Part shown: positions 1 to 9,333 of the stretch, piece after piece
Layout of the letters: every line of letters begins with the position of its first letter
How positions within the stretch are numbered: position 1 is the stretch's first letter
NCBI GenBank assembly: GCA_037442925.1
Contig: JBBIPG010000017.1
Coordinates: 1-34,283 of the forward strand
From: Candidatus Fraserbacteria bacterium
GTDB lineage: Bacteria > Bipolaricaulota > Bipolaricaulia > RBG-16-55-9
Length of the DNA stretch: 34,283 nt
Reading direction: 5' to 3'
Made by a program: the position numbers and the translations under genes
The notes under the pieces: model-generated
What the model saw: only the letters and a program-made list of their open reading frames with translations
Database searches by the model: none
Told to the model about the DNA's origin: nothing

Positions 1-976
1 CGAACAGTTTATTGGAGCTAATCCCGTATCTGAACACCTCAGTCTTTTCTAGGTTGAAGACGAAGGCATCAGCCTCTTGAAGAACCTTTGACACCTCGTC
101 TTTGGGGACTGGATTACGGAATTCTAGATTCGTGAGCTCCATCTGTCTGGCCAACTCCATCAGCTGGGGTTTCTTCGGGCCATCTCCGATCAGGACAAAT
201 CTTATCTCCGGATCGCCTTGAGCTTGAGTCATTTCGGCGGCTTGAAGAAGCACATCGAGAGCATTAGCTTGCCCGTGCGCCCCGAGATACATCACTTGAA
301 AACTCTCATGTCTCGCTTCTGGGATTGAGGTGCTGTCAAACCGGGCAAGATCGATCCCGTTGGGGATCCAGACGATCTTCTCGCGCGGGATCCCACAGCC
401 GGTGATGTACTCATAGGCTAAGGGCAGTAGCGTGATGATCCGTTCTGCTCGATGATAGAGGAACTTCTCTAAGGCCTGCAACGCCTTCGTGATTGGGCTA
501 CGAGGGCTCAGCTCGCCCATGTCTATGATGGTTTGCGGCCAGAGATCACGAACTTCCATGATGAACTTGACCCCATAGTGCTTGGCTACCCAGTAGGCAG
601 CAAGCACCGCTAAAAGATGCACCGAGGAGCCGATGACCACGTCAGGCCTTCCGATCTCAGATGTGAGTTCAGGTAGCCTGCATCCCAGCCACCAGGCACG
701 GAGCATATAGCTACTCATATTGAGCACCCTGCGCCAGTCGTTGCGTTTGTGGGGGATGGTCTTCACCCAGACAAACTTTACACCGTTCACATCCTCGATC
801 TTCCACGCCTTATGTGCAGCCAGCATTGCTTCTCCCTGCGTGTAGGGATGATAGCTGGAGGCAAAGATCGTTACTTGCCAGCCTCGCTTGACCAACTCCT
901 GAGCCAAGTCAAAGTGGCGCGTGCCACCGGGAAGAGCGGGGGAGACGGCATAGTGATTGAAGATCCAAAGGTTCAT
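1..976 (-). CDS. Glycosyltransferase family 4 (WbuB-like), runs off the left edge of the window
   Basis: Not in the ORF track because it is open at the edge. Manual translation from ATG at 976: MNLWIFNHYAVSPALPGGTRHFDLAQELVKRGWQVTIFASS..., later YLGAHGQANALD, FVLIGDG and RYGISSNKLF, typical GT4/WbuB motifs. Confidence 0.9.
   Translation of the reverse strand, partial: MNLWIFNHYAVSPALPGGTRHFDLAQELVKRGWQVTIFASSYHPYTQGEAMLAAHKAWKIEDVNGVKFVWVKTIPHKRNDWRRVLNMSSYMLRAWWLGCRLPELTSEIGRPDVVIGSSVHLLAVLAAYWVAKHYGVKFIMEVRDLWPQTIIDMGELSPRSPITKALQALEKFLYHRAERIITLLPLAYEYITGCGIPREKIVWIPNGIDLARFDSTSIPEARHESFQVMYLGAHGQANALDVLLQAAEMTQAQGDPEIRFVLIGDGPKKPQLMELARQMELTNLEFRNPVPKDEVSKVLQEADAFVFNLEKTEVFRYGISSNKLF
914..976. 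repeat. 63-bp imperfect direct repeat, copy 1 (5' end of the GT4 gene)
   Basis: Matches 1927-1989 at 56 of 63 positions by manual alignment. Confidence 0.9.
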
Positions 977-1171
977 GTTTCCCGCATCTTTTCATGCGGC
1001 GCCAAGAGGTTCTCCGCTTCCTCCCCAACTTCGTGAATTACGCTATTGAGTTGCTCAACCGCACCAATTCTGCCTCATTATGGCAGGAGGTCATAGTTAC
1101 TGCAACGACACTCCCTTCCGCACACACGGTTCCTCGGCCTACCACCCACGTAGATCCATAGTGAGACATAC

Positions 1172-1217
1172 TTGACAGACATCTGAATTGAGTGCACAAT
1201 GTTGACACAATAGGAGG
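1172..1217 (+). promoter_or_regulatory. Putative sigma70 promoter and RBS of vapBC
   Basis: TTGACA (1172-1177), 17-bp spacer, CACAAT (1195-1200), a second CACAAT just downstream (possible operator repeat), and AGGAGG at 1212-1217. Confidence 0.6.
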
Positions 1218-1226
1218 TGCATATGA

Positions 1227-1433
1227 ATGGCACGAATGACGGTGGCCATCGATGAAGAGCTCTTGACAGAGGCGCGGCAGTTGAGCGGCGCTAAGACGAA
1301 GAAGGAAGCGATCGAAATCGCGCTACGGGAGCTGGTCCGCCGCTTTCGTAGACGGGAAGTGGCCGCCCATGCTGGAACGATTGAGTTGGAGCTGACCCAG
1401 GAAGATTTGCGACGAGCTCGTGAGGAGCGCTGA
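1227..1433 (+). CDS. vapB: Type II TA antitoxin, VapB family
   Basis: 68 aa; RMTVAIDEELLTEARQLSGAKTKKEAIEIALRELVRR is the typical VapB signature; TGATG overlap with the PIN toxin gene. Confidence 0.88.
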   Translation: MARMTVAIDEELLTEARQLSGAKTKKEAIEIALRELVRRFRRREVAAHAGTIELELTQEDLRRAREER

Positions 1434-1840
1434 TGGATAGAGTGCTGGTGGATACCTCTGCCTGGATCGAGTTCTATCATCCGCAAGGATCGGAGGAGGT
1501 AAAGAGAGCACTGAGGGAGGCTCTCACCGTTCATGAGGTTGCCGTCGTCGCCCCCGTCGTGGTGGAGTTGCTCAGCGGAGCGAAGACGGGAAGCGCCTAT
1601 AAGACGTTGCTGCAGGACCTACAAACCCTATCATGCCTCCCTTTGGGCTGGGAGGAAGCCACCGCGGCTGCGAAGCTGGGTTGGGAGCTGGCCCGTGCTG
1701 GCCGACGGGTGCCGACGATTGATCTTCTGATCGCCGTAGCGGCCAAGGTTCATGATCATGAGGTTTGGCACTTTGGGGATGGGCATTTCGAGGCGATTGC
1801 CGCTGCCGGTGGGCCGTCTCAGCGCGACCTTAAAGCATAG
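1433..1840 (+). CDS. vapC: Type II TA toxin, VapC PIN-domain ribonuclease
   Basis: 135 aa; VLVDTSAWIEF, VVVELLSG, IDLLIA and DGHF carry the PIN acidic motifs. Confidence 0.92.
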   Translation: MDRVLVDTSAWIEFYHPQGSEEVKRALREALTVHEVAVVAPVVVELLSGAKTGSAYKTLLQDLQTLSCLPLGWEEATAAAKLGWELARAGRRVPTIDLLIAVAAKVHDHEVWHFGDGHFEAIAAAGGPSQRDLKA

Positions 1841-1865
1841 GAAGGGTTCTACGTCGCTCATAGGG

Positions 1866-1989
1866 CTATTCCCAGTCCCAATTATACTTCTCCCGCACCG
1901 CCCGCCGTCCGTTCTCGCTCATCCTCGTGGCGCGTGCCGCCGGGAAGATCTGGGCTGACGGCATAGTGATTGAAGATCCAAAGGCTCAC
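1866..1989 (-). pseudogene. Internally deleted GT4 glycosyltransferase remnant (N-terminus joined out of frame to a C-terminus)
   Basis: From GTG at 1989: MSLWIFNHYAVSPDLPGGTRH. In a shifted frame it continues RMSENGRRAVREKYNWDWE*, which resembles a GT4 C-terminal helix. It starts 6 nt after the wzt stop. Confidence 0.75.
1927..1989. repeat. 63-bp imperfect direct repeat, copy 2
   Basis: Matches 914-976 at 56 of 63 positions. Confidence 0.9.
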
Positions 1990-1995
1990 GGTAGC

Positions 1996-2724
1996 CTAAG
2001 ACTTTAAGTACTGCTCGATCACTTCTTGAGCAGTTCCCTGTGCTCGAACGGTCCCCTTGTCCATCCAGAGCACCTGATCGGCGAATCTTCTGATCGATTC
2101 CATGTTGTGACTGACCAGAATGATCGTCTTATCTTCTGTCATTAACTCTTGAAGCTTCTCTTCGCACTTCTGTCGAAACTTCGCATCCCCGACACCCAAA
2201 ACCTCGTCGATGAGCATGATGTCTCGTTGGAGATGGACCGCGATGGCGAAACCCAGCCGTGCATTCATTCCAGAAGAATAGGTCTTGACAGGGGCATCGA
2301 TGAATTCATCCAGCTCAGAGAACGAGATGATGTCGTCCAACGCCTGATCGATCTCTCTCTCCTTAAACCCTAGAAGGATCCCGTTCAGATAGATGTTCTC
2401 TAGGCCTGATAGCTCCGCTTGAAAACCTGCTCCAATGGAGAGCAGCGTCGAAACGGTCCCATGAACGGTGAGGCAGCCTTCGTCGGGCGCATAGATTTCG
2501 CCGATCACGCGCAAAAGGGTGCTCTTCCCAGAGCCGTTCCTGCCGATCACCCCCAGGACTTGGCCCCTCTGCACGCTGAAGCTGACCGATTTCAAAGCCC
2601 AGAACTCCTGAACTTGCTGGCGGCCACTGCTCATCATGCGAGCCAAAGCGCTCCTTACAGAGGTTCTTCGCTCTCGGTATAGCTTGAACTTTACCCCGAT
2701 ATTCTGTGCCTGGATGATCTCCAT
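1996..2724 (-). CDS. wzt: Polysaccharide export ABC transporter ATP-binding subunit (Wzt/TagH-like)
   Basis: FWALKSVSF, Walker A GRNGSGKST, signature YSSGM, IDEVLGVGDAKF and VSH; 242 aa with no C-terminal carbohydrate-binding domain. Confidence 0.93.
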   Translation of the reverse strand: MEIIQAQNIGVKFKLYRERRTSVRSALARMMSSGRQQVQEFWALKSVSFSVQRGQVLGVIGRNGSGKSTLLRVIGEIYAPDEGCLTVHGTVSTLLSIGAGFQAELSGLENIYLNGILLGFKEREIDQALDDIISFSELDEFIDAPVKTYSSGMNARLGFAIAVHLQRDIMLIDEVLGVGDAKFRQKCEEKLQELMTEDKTIILVSHNMESIRRFADQVLWMDKGTVRAQGTAQEVIEQYLKS

Positions 2725-3500
2725 TAGACTTCCTTAGCAAAGTCCAATTCCTTGGCCTTAAAGAGGAGCAGGCCACCGTAGCAGAAGATGAGTCCCAGAA
2801 TGGCTGGGACCAACAGATAACCATCAGGGGGCATTCCTCGCACCAAGACGTTCTTATACGACTCGAACAGAGCAGCGAACGGGTTGAGCATGTATATGGG
2901 AATGAACCTCGGCGGAACGGTGCCCTGAATGGAGTACAGAGCCGGGGACAGGTAGAACCACATCCTGAGCCCGAACTGGAGGATGTTTCCCAAGTCGCGG
3001 AAGTAGATTCCGAGTACAGCGCAAAGTAGAGCGCCTCCGAAGGTGAAGAGGAACTGTATGAGGATCAATGCTGGCAGCCAGAGCCAATGGAGCGTGAATT
3101 GGGCCTCAAACGCGATGAGAAGAGGCACGAGAACAATGAGTCCCAAGAGGAAGTCGATTAGCCCGATGAGCACGCGACTGAGTGGTAGCACGGCTTTGGG
3201 GAATGACACAGTCTGAATGAGCTTTGCCTTCCCCGTGATGGACGCAACCGAACTAGCTAAAGAATAGGTGAACCAGTGCCAAGCCAGCAGAGACGTGAAA
3301 AGCAGGATGGGGAATTGAGGGTCACCTCGTTTGAAGATGAAAACGACCAGCAGCGTATACACGGCCATCATCAGCAGGGGATCCAGGAGGCTCCACAGGA
3401 AGCCCAGTACTTTATGCGTGTAAATCAGCTTAAGATCGGTGCGGACGAAATATTTCACCAGATCCCTCCGGGACCAGAGCGCTTGAAGTTGCTCAAGCAT
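2724..3500 (-). CDS. wzm: Polysaccharide export ABC transporter permease (Wzm/TagG-like)
   Basis: DLKLIY..LGFLWSLLDPLLM, FPKAVLP, YFRDL, FYLSPALY and LNP motifs; multiple TM segments; 1-nt overlap with wzt. Confidence 0.93.
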   Translation of the reverse strand: MLEQLQALWSRRDLVKYFVRTDLKLIYTHKVLGFLWSLLDPLLMMAVYTLLVVFIFKRGDPQFPILLFTSLLAWHWFTYSLASSVASITGKAKLIQTVSFPKAVLPLSRVLIGLIDFLLGLIVLVPLLIAFEAQFTLHWLWLPALILIQFLFTFGGALLCAVLGIYFRDLGNILQFGLRMWFYLSPALYSIQGTVPPRFIPIYMLNPFAALFESYKNVLVRGMPPDGYLLVPAILGLIFCYGGLLLFKAKELDFAKEV

Positions 3501-4890
3501 GGAGTTCCTCTTGGAGCGATTGGTAGATGGCCAGCAGTTTCTTTGACTCGTTCTCCCAGTTTAGTGTCGCGGCTGCCCGCTGAGTATTTCGCTTCATTTC
3601 CTGATAGCGTTTTGGGTCCTTCAGGATATCGTGTATGGCGCGAGCGATGTCTTGCGGATCTTTGGGATTGAACGTCTTGCCAATATCGTGATCTTGAACG
3701 ATGCGGCGCATCTCTGGAAAGTCGCTCACTGCCACAGGGATATTGCCTGCAATGCACTCGAAGAGCTTGTTCGGCGAACAATAGTAATAACTCAGACATG
3801 CGTTTTGAATGGGTACCACTCCGACGTCCGCCCCCGAGGCGTATGTGGATACTTCTTCGGAAGGGACCGGTGACAGGAAGTAGGTTTGCCCCAGAACTCT
3901 CTGCTCCTCTGCCAGGGCTTTGAGACGGTCCATGTACGTGCCGCCGTATCCATAGCCCATGATCACTAAAGCGGCCTGTGTGAGGTAGCGCAGGCTTTGG
4001 ATGACTTGCTCAAGTCCATGATGCGCTGTGATCCCCCCGATATAGATGACGATCTTCGCATGCTCAGGCAGACGAACTTGTAGTTCTTCTTCCAGCTTCC
4101 GACGCAAGAGCAGCGGGTTGAGATTGTTCCCCTGAGGTGGGGCATTCATGATGACGTGTGGCTTGGGAATGCGATACCGCCTGCTGAATTCGGAAGCGAT
4201 GGCCTCGTTGACTGTGATGACGGCAGCGGCTTTCTTGATGAGTTTGGCCTCCCTGCGGCTCAGGCGGAAGTCGAACACGGGATTGTGATCCAAAAAAATG
4301 GGATTTCTCTCCAAATACAATTCATGGGAATCATAGACCAACTTTGCGTGGCAGGCCTTGGCAGCCAGATAAGCCATTCGCAGGGTCGTTAGGTCGTGGG
4401 CATGGTAGACGTCTGCCCGCTCTTGGATCGCTGCTTGAACCGTCCCCGGAGAATGGTGGGGGTCAACCAACCAGATGGCCTGCTTGAAAATGAACTTTCT
4501 GGTCCAATCTTGCAGCTGGGTGGGTCTGATCATCAATCGTCTGGCTATCACTCTTGCGATTTGCTTTAGAACGCGACCCACTCGGATCGCCTTAGCAACA
4601 TAGCGCAAGAGCGCCAAGAACTTCTTGGCGAGGAAACCTAAAGGAGAAAAGGGTGCGAGGATCACTCGGCCAACTTTCCTCATGAATTCATTGCACTGCG
4701 AGATCGCCGTGACATACCGGCGACGAATGCGCTTGATGATAAACCCGTCTCGTTCCTCGTAGGGGACGGTCTTGTCATCCAGGACGGCAAACACGACCAC
4801 GTTGTGTCCGGTGCCAGCCAATGCCTTGGCTTCCCGCAGCACTCGGCTGTCGAGGGTCATGTTGTTCAGGACGAACATGCAGATCTTCAT
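3493..4890 (-). CDS. Glycosyltransferase family 4
   Basis: DSRVLREAKAL, YHAHDL, VYDSHE, SPNKLFE, SDFPEM and LNWENE motifs. Confidence 0.92.
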   Translation of the reverse strand: MKICMFVLNNMTLDSRVLREAKALAGTGHNVVVFAVLDDKTVPYEERDGFIIKRIRRRYVTAISQCNEFMRKVGRVILAPFSPLGFLAKKFLALLRYVAKAIRVGRVLKQIARVIARRLMIRPTQLQDWTRKFIFKQAIWLVDPHHSPGTVQAAIQERADVYHAHDLTTLRMAYLAAKACHAKLVYDSHELYLERNPIFLDHNPVFDFRLSRREAKLIKKAAAVITVNEAIASEFSRRYRIPKPHVIMNAPPQGNNLNPLLLRRKLEEELQVRLPEHAKIVIYIGGITAHHGLEQVIQSLRYLTQAALVIMGYGYGGTYMDRLKALAEEQRVLGQTYFLSPVPSEEVSTYASGADVGVVPIQNACLSYYYCSPNKLFECIAGNIPVAVSDFPEMRRIVQDHDIGKTFNPKDPQDIARAIHDILKDPKRYQEMKRNTQRAAATLNWENESKKLLAIYQSLQEELHA

Positions 4891-4905
4891 GAATGCGTTC
4901 TCTCC

Positions 4906-6987
4906 TTAGTCCACGAAGGTTCGCAGCCAAAGTTCCAAGCAGAGGGCTCGCCAGATCTCCTGGCTATAATCACGATTCCCAAGGCTGTGCTCCTCGAGGA
5001 TCTGATTTGCCGCTTTGATTTCGAAGTATGGGCGTTGACGAAAACTGGCAGAATTGAAGATCTCGCGAGTCGTCTCTTTGAGAATCGTCCGAAACCAGAC
5101 GTCTTGAGGAGTAGAGAAGCCGATTTTATCCAAACGTTGACGGATCGGCTCAGGCAGAACTCCCTTCATTGCATTCCTCAGGACAACTTTGGTTACGCCT
5201 TGGCGTATCTTTTGGTCACTCGGGATGGCAAAAAGATACTCGATCAGTCGATAGTCTAGGAAAGGGGTCCGGGATTCGATCGAGAAAGCCATGGAATTGC
5301 GGTCTTCATAATGTAACAAATGGTGTAATCCGGGTTTGATGGTACTGGTGTATAGATAATCATCGAATAGATTGTCGCGAAAGAGTGCGTAGGGACTGGT
5401 TGTTAGTGTTTGGTGTACTCGCAGGGCTTTGAGGAATGAGGGACTGATCCAGTCCGTCCGGCTTTGAGGAGCGCTAGGGGAAGGCATCCAAGCGCGCAAG
5501 AATCGACTGACCAGAGGCATTCTTCTCCCTCGAACCTGCAGGTATGCCATAGCTCGGTTGTAGGCTTCCGCTTTCGAATAACCGTAGAGCCTCTTATAGC
5601 AGTTCATCTCGTTGCGCAATCTGAGCCAGCACGAAGACTCGATGAGGGCTGCAAAGTATTGGATGAACGCCGTGTGATAGCCGGCCAGTGACTCGTCGGC
5701 GCCTTGGCCATCGAGGGTGACCGTGACTCCGACTTGCCTGGCGAGCTTGAATACGTTCCACTGAGCAAAGATGCTCAAGGTAGCAAAGGGTTCTTCTTGA
5801 TAGTAGATCAGCCTCTGGATCTCATCAAAGATCTCAGAATCCTCGGGATAGATGTGATGCGCATCGATTGCGGTTCTTTGGGCAACATTCTCGATGAACT
5901 TCCCTTCGTCATGGGGGCTATTCCGGTAGCGGGCTGAAAAGGTCTTTTGGATGTTCTCGCGGCCGGGGATCTTGGCCTTGCCTTCGCGTAAGAGCTTATC
6001 CAGCACACAAACGATGGACGACGAATCCAAGCCGCCGCTCAAGCAGGTGCCCACGGGCACGTCGCTGATCAGACGAAGGCGCACAGCATCCTCCAACAGT
6101 TCATAAAATCTCTGCGCGTACTCCTCATCCGACTGTCCGTTGAGGTAGCTGTCAGGGCTGATATCCCAGATCGGAAGAGCACCCACAAAGCCTGTGCCGC
6201 TCAGGTGCAGCTCCAAGTATTCGCCGCCTCTCAACTGCCTGATGCCTTCAAAGAAGGTTTCGCTGGCATGGTCGTGCCTCTTGTGGAGAAGATAGTCGTG
6301 GATGATCCTGTTGTTCGGCTTCGACGGGACAAGTCCTGAGCGAAGAATGGCCTTGATTTCCGACGCAAAAATGAACCAGTCTGGATCTAAGTGATAATAG
6401 AATGGCTTGACCCCAAACCGATCTCGAGAACAGAGCAGTTTCTTCTCCTTGGAATCCCAAATGACAGAGGCCCACATCCCATTGAAGCGTGTAAGACAGT
6501 CTTTTCCCCACTCTTCATAGGCGTGGACGATGACTTCTGTGTCTGCGTCGGAGACGAACTGGTGCCCAGACGCTTTCAATTCGTTGCGTAGCACACGATA
6601 GTTGTAGATCTCGCCGTTGTGGACAACCCAGATTGTCTGGTCTTCGTTGCACATGGGCTGGTGCCCTGCGGGTGAGAGATCCAGAATGGACAATCGTCGG
6701 CAGGCCAGTGCGAGGCTCAGTTCCCCTTCGAGTTCGTGCAATTCAGGATCCGAGATTCGCTGGTGAGGTGAGAAAGCGTATCGACTCGCAAGGACCTCGG
6801 AGGGAGTGTCTGGTCCCCCAGCTAGGCGATGCTCGCCGCACTCCCATTTCCCGAGCAAGTAGCCTTCATCGTTTGGCCCGCGGTGTTTAATCGATTCAGC
6901 CATATTGCGGATCATACGGCAGATAGTTCTAGGCTTTTCATTGGTTTCAGTCTCTCTCAAGTGCACAAATCCTAGGATTCCGCACAT
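4906..6987 (-). CDS. asnB: Asparagine synthase (glutamine-hydrolysing) family amidotransferase, probably sugar amidating (WbpS-like)
   Basis: N-terminal MCGI, HRGP, RRLSILDLS, HNGEIYNY, RDRFGVKP, LSGGLDSS, DGQGADE and EDRNSMAFSIESRTPFLD; located in a polysaccharide cluster. Confidence 0.93.
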   Translation of the reverse strand: MCGILGFVHLRETETNEKPRTICRMIRNMAESIKHRGPNDEGYLLGKWECGEHRLAGGPDTPSEVLASRYAFSPHQRISDPELHELEGELSLALACRRLSILDLSPAGHQPMCNEDQTIWVVHNGEIYNYRVLRNELKASGHQFVSDADTEVIVHAYEEWGKDCLTRFNGMWASVIWDSKEKKLLCSRDRFGVKPFYYHLDPDWFIFASEIKAILRSGLVPSKPNNRIIHDYLLHKRHDHASETFFEGIRQLRGGEYLELHLSGTGFVGALPIWDISPDSYLNGQSDEEYAQRFYELLEDAVRLRLISDVPVGTCLSGGLDSSSIVCVLDKLLREGKAKIPGRENIQKTFSARYRNSPHDEGKFIENVAQRTAIDAHHIYPEDSEIFDEIQRLIYYQEEPFATLSIFAQWNVFKLARQVGVTVTLDGQGADESLAGYHTAFIQYFAALIESSCWLRLRNEMNCYKRLYGYSKAEAYNRAMAYLQVRGRRMPLVSRFLRAWMPSPSAPQSRTDWISPSFLKALRVHQTLTTSPYALFRDNLFDDYLYTSTIKPGLHHLLHYEDRNSMAFSIESRTPFLDYRLIEYLFAIPSDQKIRQGVTKVVLRNAMKGVLPEPIRQRLDKIGFSTPQDVWFRTILKETTREIFNSASFRQRPYFEIKAANQILEEHSLGNRDYSQEIWRALCLELWLRTFVD

Positions 6988-7013
6988 AGCTAAGCCTTGT
7001 TGCTCATTATCTA

Positions 7014-8837
7014 CTATACTTGATGATTAATATAAAGATTATTGAAGGTCTGAATGTCATCCCTTAGCTTCTCTGTAATGCTAAAATCGTAATCTTTTTT
7101 CTTCGCCCAAAGCTCTTCAAAGGTGCTCACTAGATCCAAACCCTTGACATCTACTACTGAAATCGCGTCAAGTAACAACATCTTGAGACCCTCTACTTTC
7201 TGCTGATAATTGATGATTAACGAGGGCGTATTTTGTGTCGCGGCGATGATCCCCGAATGGTATCTGGTTCCGACCAGAAACTCAGAGGAAGCTATCTCCT
7301 CGATAGCTGATTTGAAATCCACGATCCTTGCGTTATAGTCCTTCTTCTCTATCCACTCCTTATCTCTTGGCTCGAAGCCCAAGACTACAGGTTCATAACC
7401 TTGTTCCAACAAATGGTTATAAAGGCGATCCAACTCCTGAGCTAGGATTTCATTCGCGTCAGAAGGTAAGTTTGAATCCCATCCTTTGGGGATCATTCGA
7501 ATATTGAGAGCGATCTTGCCTGGTCGCCTGGAATGTTGAGAAATCGGAGTCAAGAAACCAGGATCTGGCAGCAACTGAACGGGGATTTCAGGAAATTGGC
7601 TCTGAAAAAAGTCCGTACATAATTCATCTCTCAAGCTAACCAAATAGCATTTCTCTATAAGGTAGCGGATCTCGTTACACCAGTCAAAAAATGGTATTCC
7701 TGCTGAATATACTATGATCGGTGTATTTTCACAATTGGGGAGTGCAGATGGAGGTAAAACCTGTTTGATGTAGCCATCATGGAGAACTCCTCCACCACCA
7801 ATTAGTAATAGATCCAGTTTGGGCAGATGAGAGCCGATATACTGATAGTGAAAAACGCTCCTTACTTTATGCATGGTTTTGACTTTCTCAGGCTGATCGG
7901 TATATACACTCACTTCATGGAAAGCGAAGCTCCGAAGCATATTATGAAGAATCAACTCGTCTCCTGCATTTTCGTGTCCAAACCATCCAAGAATCCCGAT
8001 ACGTTTGCGTTTCTTCTCTAGTTTGTGAGCATAAGTCCACCATTTCTTCATCTTATGAGGGTAAGAGGGATCATTAGTGAAGGCGAACAATCCTAATCTT
8101 TCTTGAAGTTTCTTGGTTCTTTGAAAGCGAACCGGTTTGGCCTTCTGTGGCGAATCACTCTTGGATTGAGTGCCATGATGGATGACGCAAACATCAGACA
8201 AATGAATCCTCTTTAATCCTCGCCTCGAGATTAAGAAGCCATGATAACGATCTCCTGACATGAAAGTTGGATAAGGTTCTACTTCAAAGATCTTTCTTCT
8301 TGCGATATATGAGCCGAAATAAGTGGTATCCTTTATCACGTTCTCTTGTTGCCATTCTCCAGAGATGTCAAAAAGATCTCCATAAACCGACCCGTCAGCA
8401 TTCAATAATCTAAAACCGTATATGTCCGCTCGTATTTGCATGCACTCTAGAAGATGTCTGTACCAACCAGATTCAAGAGACATATCATCATCTAGGTCAA
8501 CAATCCACTCATGGCGCGCTGTTTCTACACCCTTTTGGAAGGGCTTGTAAAAATATACAGGGAATGTTTTAACAGGGACGTGCTTAACGTAGGGATGTCC
8601 GATATATTTGCCCTGATAGCGTCCGGCAATGATGATCTCAAAATCTGGGATGTTCTGATTCAGTATGGAGGGGACTACGACGTCATCCAGCAAAGCATCA
8701 CGCGTTCCTACTGAGCTGATGACAAAACTGATCGATGATTGCGCAGACAGCTTAGGCTTATAAAGCATGCGCAAGGAGTTCCCTAGTCTTCGCATGGCTC
8801 TTACCGTGGCACACTTCAGTTGATCCAGTTGTTGCAT
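7014..8837 (-). CDS. Fusion of a GT2-like N-terminal domain and a polysaccharide pyruvyl transferase family domain (start uncertain; TTG at 8906 also possible)
   Basis: N-terminal ISFVIS..FEIIIAG..DLDDD (DxD). C-terminal GWFGHENAGDELI, IGGGGVL, SLRDE, PDPGF and GTRYHSGI. Visibly AT-rich. Confidence 0.78.
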   Translation of the reverse strand: MQQLDQLKCATVRAMRRLGNSLRMLYKPKLSAQSSISFVISSVGTRDALLDDVVVPSILNQNIPDFEIIIAGRYQGKYIGHPYVKHVPVKTFPVYFYKPFQKGVETARHEWIVDLDDDMSLESGWYRHLLECMQIRADIYGFRLLNADGSVYGDLFDISGEWQQENVIKDTTYFGSYIARRKIFEVEPYPTFMSGDRYHGFLISRRGLKRIHLSDVCVIHHGTQSKSDSPQKAKPVRFQRTKKLQERLGLFAFTNDPSYPHKMKKWWTYAHKLEKKRKRIGILGWFGHENAGDELILHNMLRSFAFHEVSVYTDQPEKVKTMHKVRSVFHYQYIGSHLPKLDLLLIGGGGVLHDGYIKQVLPPSALPNCENTPIIVYSAGIPFFDWCNEIRYLIEKCYLVSLRDELCTDFFQSQFPEIPVQLLPDPGFLTPISQHSRRPGKIALNIRMIPKGWDSNLPSDANEILAQELDRLYNHLLEQGYEPVVLGFEPRDKEWIEKKDYNARIVDFKSAIEEIASSEFLVGTRYHSGIIAATQNTPSLIINYQQKVEGLKMLLLDAISVVDVKGLDLVSTFEELWAKKKDYDFSITEKLRDDIQTFNNLYINHQV

Positions 8838-8967
8838 CACAGAGTCCTCGTCCTCACTTGGGCCCTTTGTCTTAGCGCTTTTGCCGTCCTCCAGTATAGC
8901 ACCCAATCTCGCCCTTGGGGTAGGAGCACCTTGGTCCAGGGGTTTCCTGGAGAGGGCTTACAGGAGA

Positions 8968-9097
8968 TCAATAAACTTCCTCATGAGTGCCCCTCGTCAA
9001 GAGCAGAATCTCCTCTTCATCTGACTCCGGATTCTGCACAAACTCGAATAAAATGCAAAGCTCGCACAAAGCCTGAACTCCAGACAAGGGTTCTCAC
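8968..9097 (-). pseudogene. Internally deleted, frameshifted RelE/YafQ-family toxin remnant
   Basis: GTG at 9097 overlaps the upstream stop (GTGA) and reads MRTLVWSSGFVRA. A shifted frame reads ILFEFVQNPESDEEEILLLTRGTHEEVY*, matching the ...GTHDEVY-type C-terminus of RelE/StbE/YafQ-like toxins. Confidence 0.75.
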
Positions 9098-9333
9098 CCC
9101 GCTAGCTCCTTCATCAAGTCAGCCACCGTGCCGCGACGGATTTTGCCCTGCTGATAAACCTGACGGGCTTCGGCAATGTCGGCTGCCAGTTCTCTGCGCC
9201 GATGGTGAATCAGGCGTTGTCGGACGATCTCAATCAATAGCAACTGGTCGTCTAGTGGCAGCGCCTCGACAACTTCAATGACCTCCTGGAAGCGGGAGGA
9301 AGCTCCTTTATCCTTACCCATGTATAGTTTCAC
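9094..9333 (-). CDS. Small hypothetical protein, probable antitoxin partner of the broken RelE/YafQ-like toxin
   Basis: About 75-79 aa (EALPLDDQLLLIEIVRQRL...RRGTVADLMKEL); translationally coupled to the toxin remnant. Confidence 0.65.
   Translation of the reverse strand: MKLYMGKDKGASSRFQEVIEVVEALPLDDQLLLIEIVRQRLIHHRRRELAADIAEARQVYQQGKIRRGTVADLMKELAG

Noticed and set aside
973..1075. Possible 3' remnant of a gene ending in an ATGA overlap with the GT4 start (…EQLNSVIHEVGEEAENLLAPHEKMRET*)
   Set aside because: Short, no start codon and no recognisable motif; could be chance.
914..1989. IS element or transposon with target-site duplication
   Set aside because: No transposase or terminal inverted repeats; the 63-bp repeat is coding sequence and too long and diverged for a target-site duplication.
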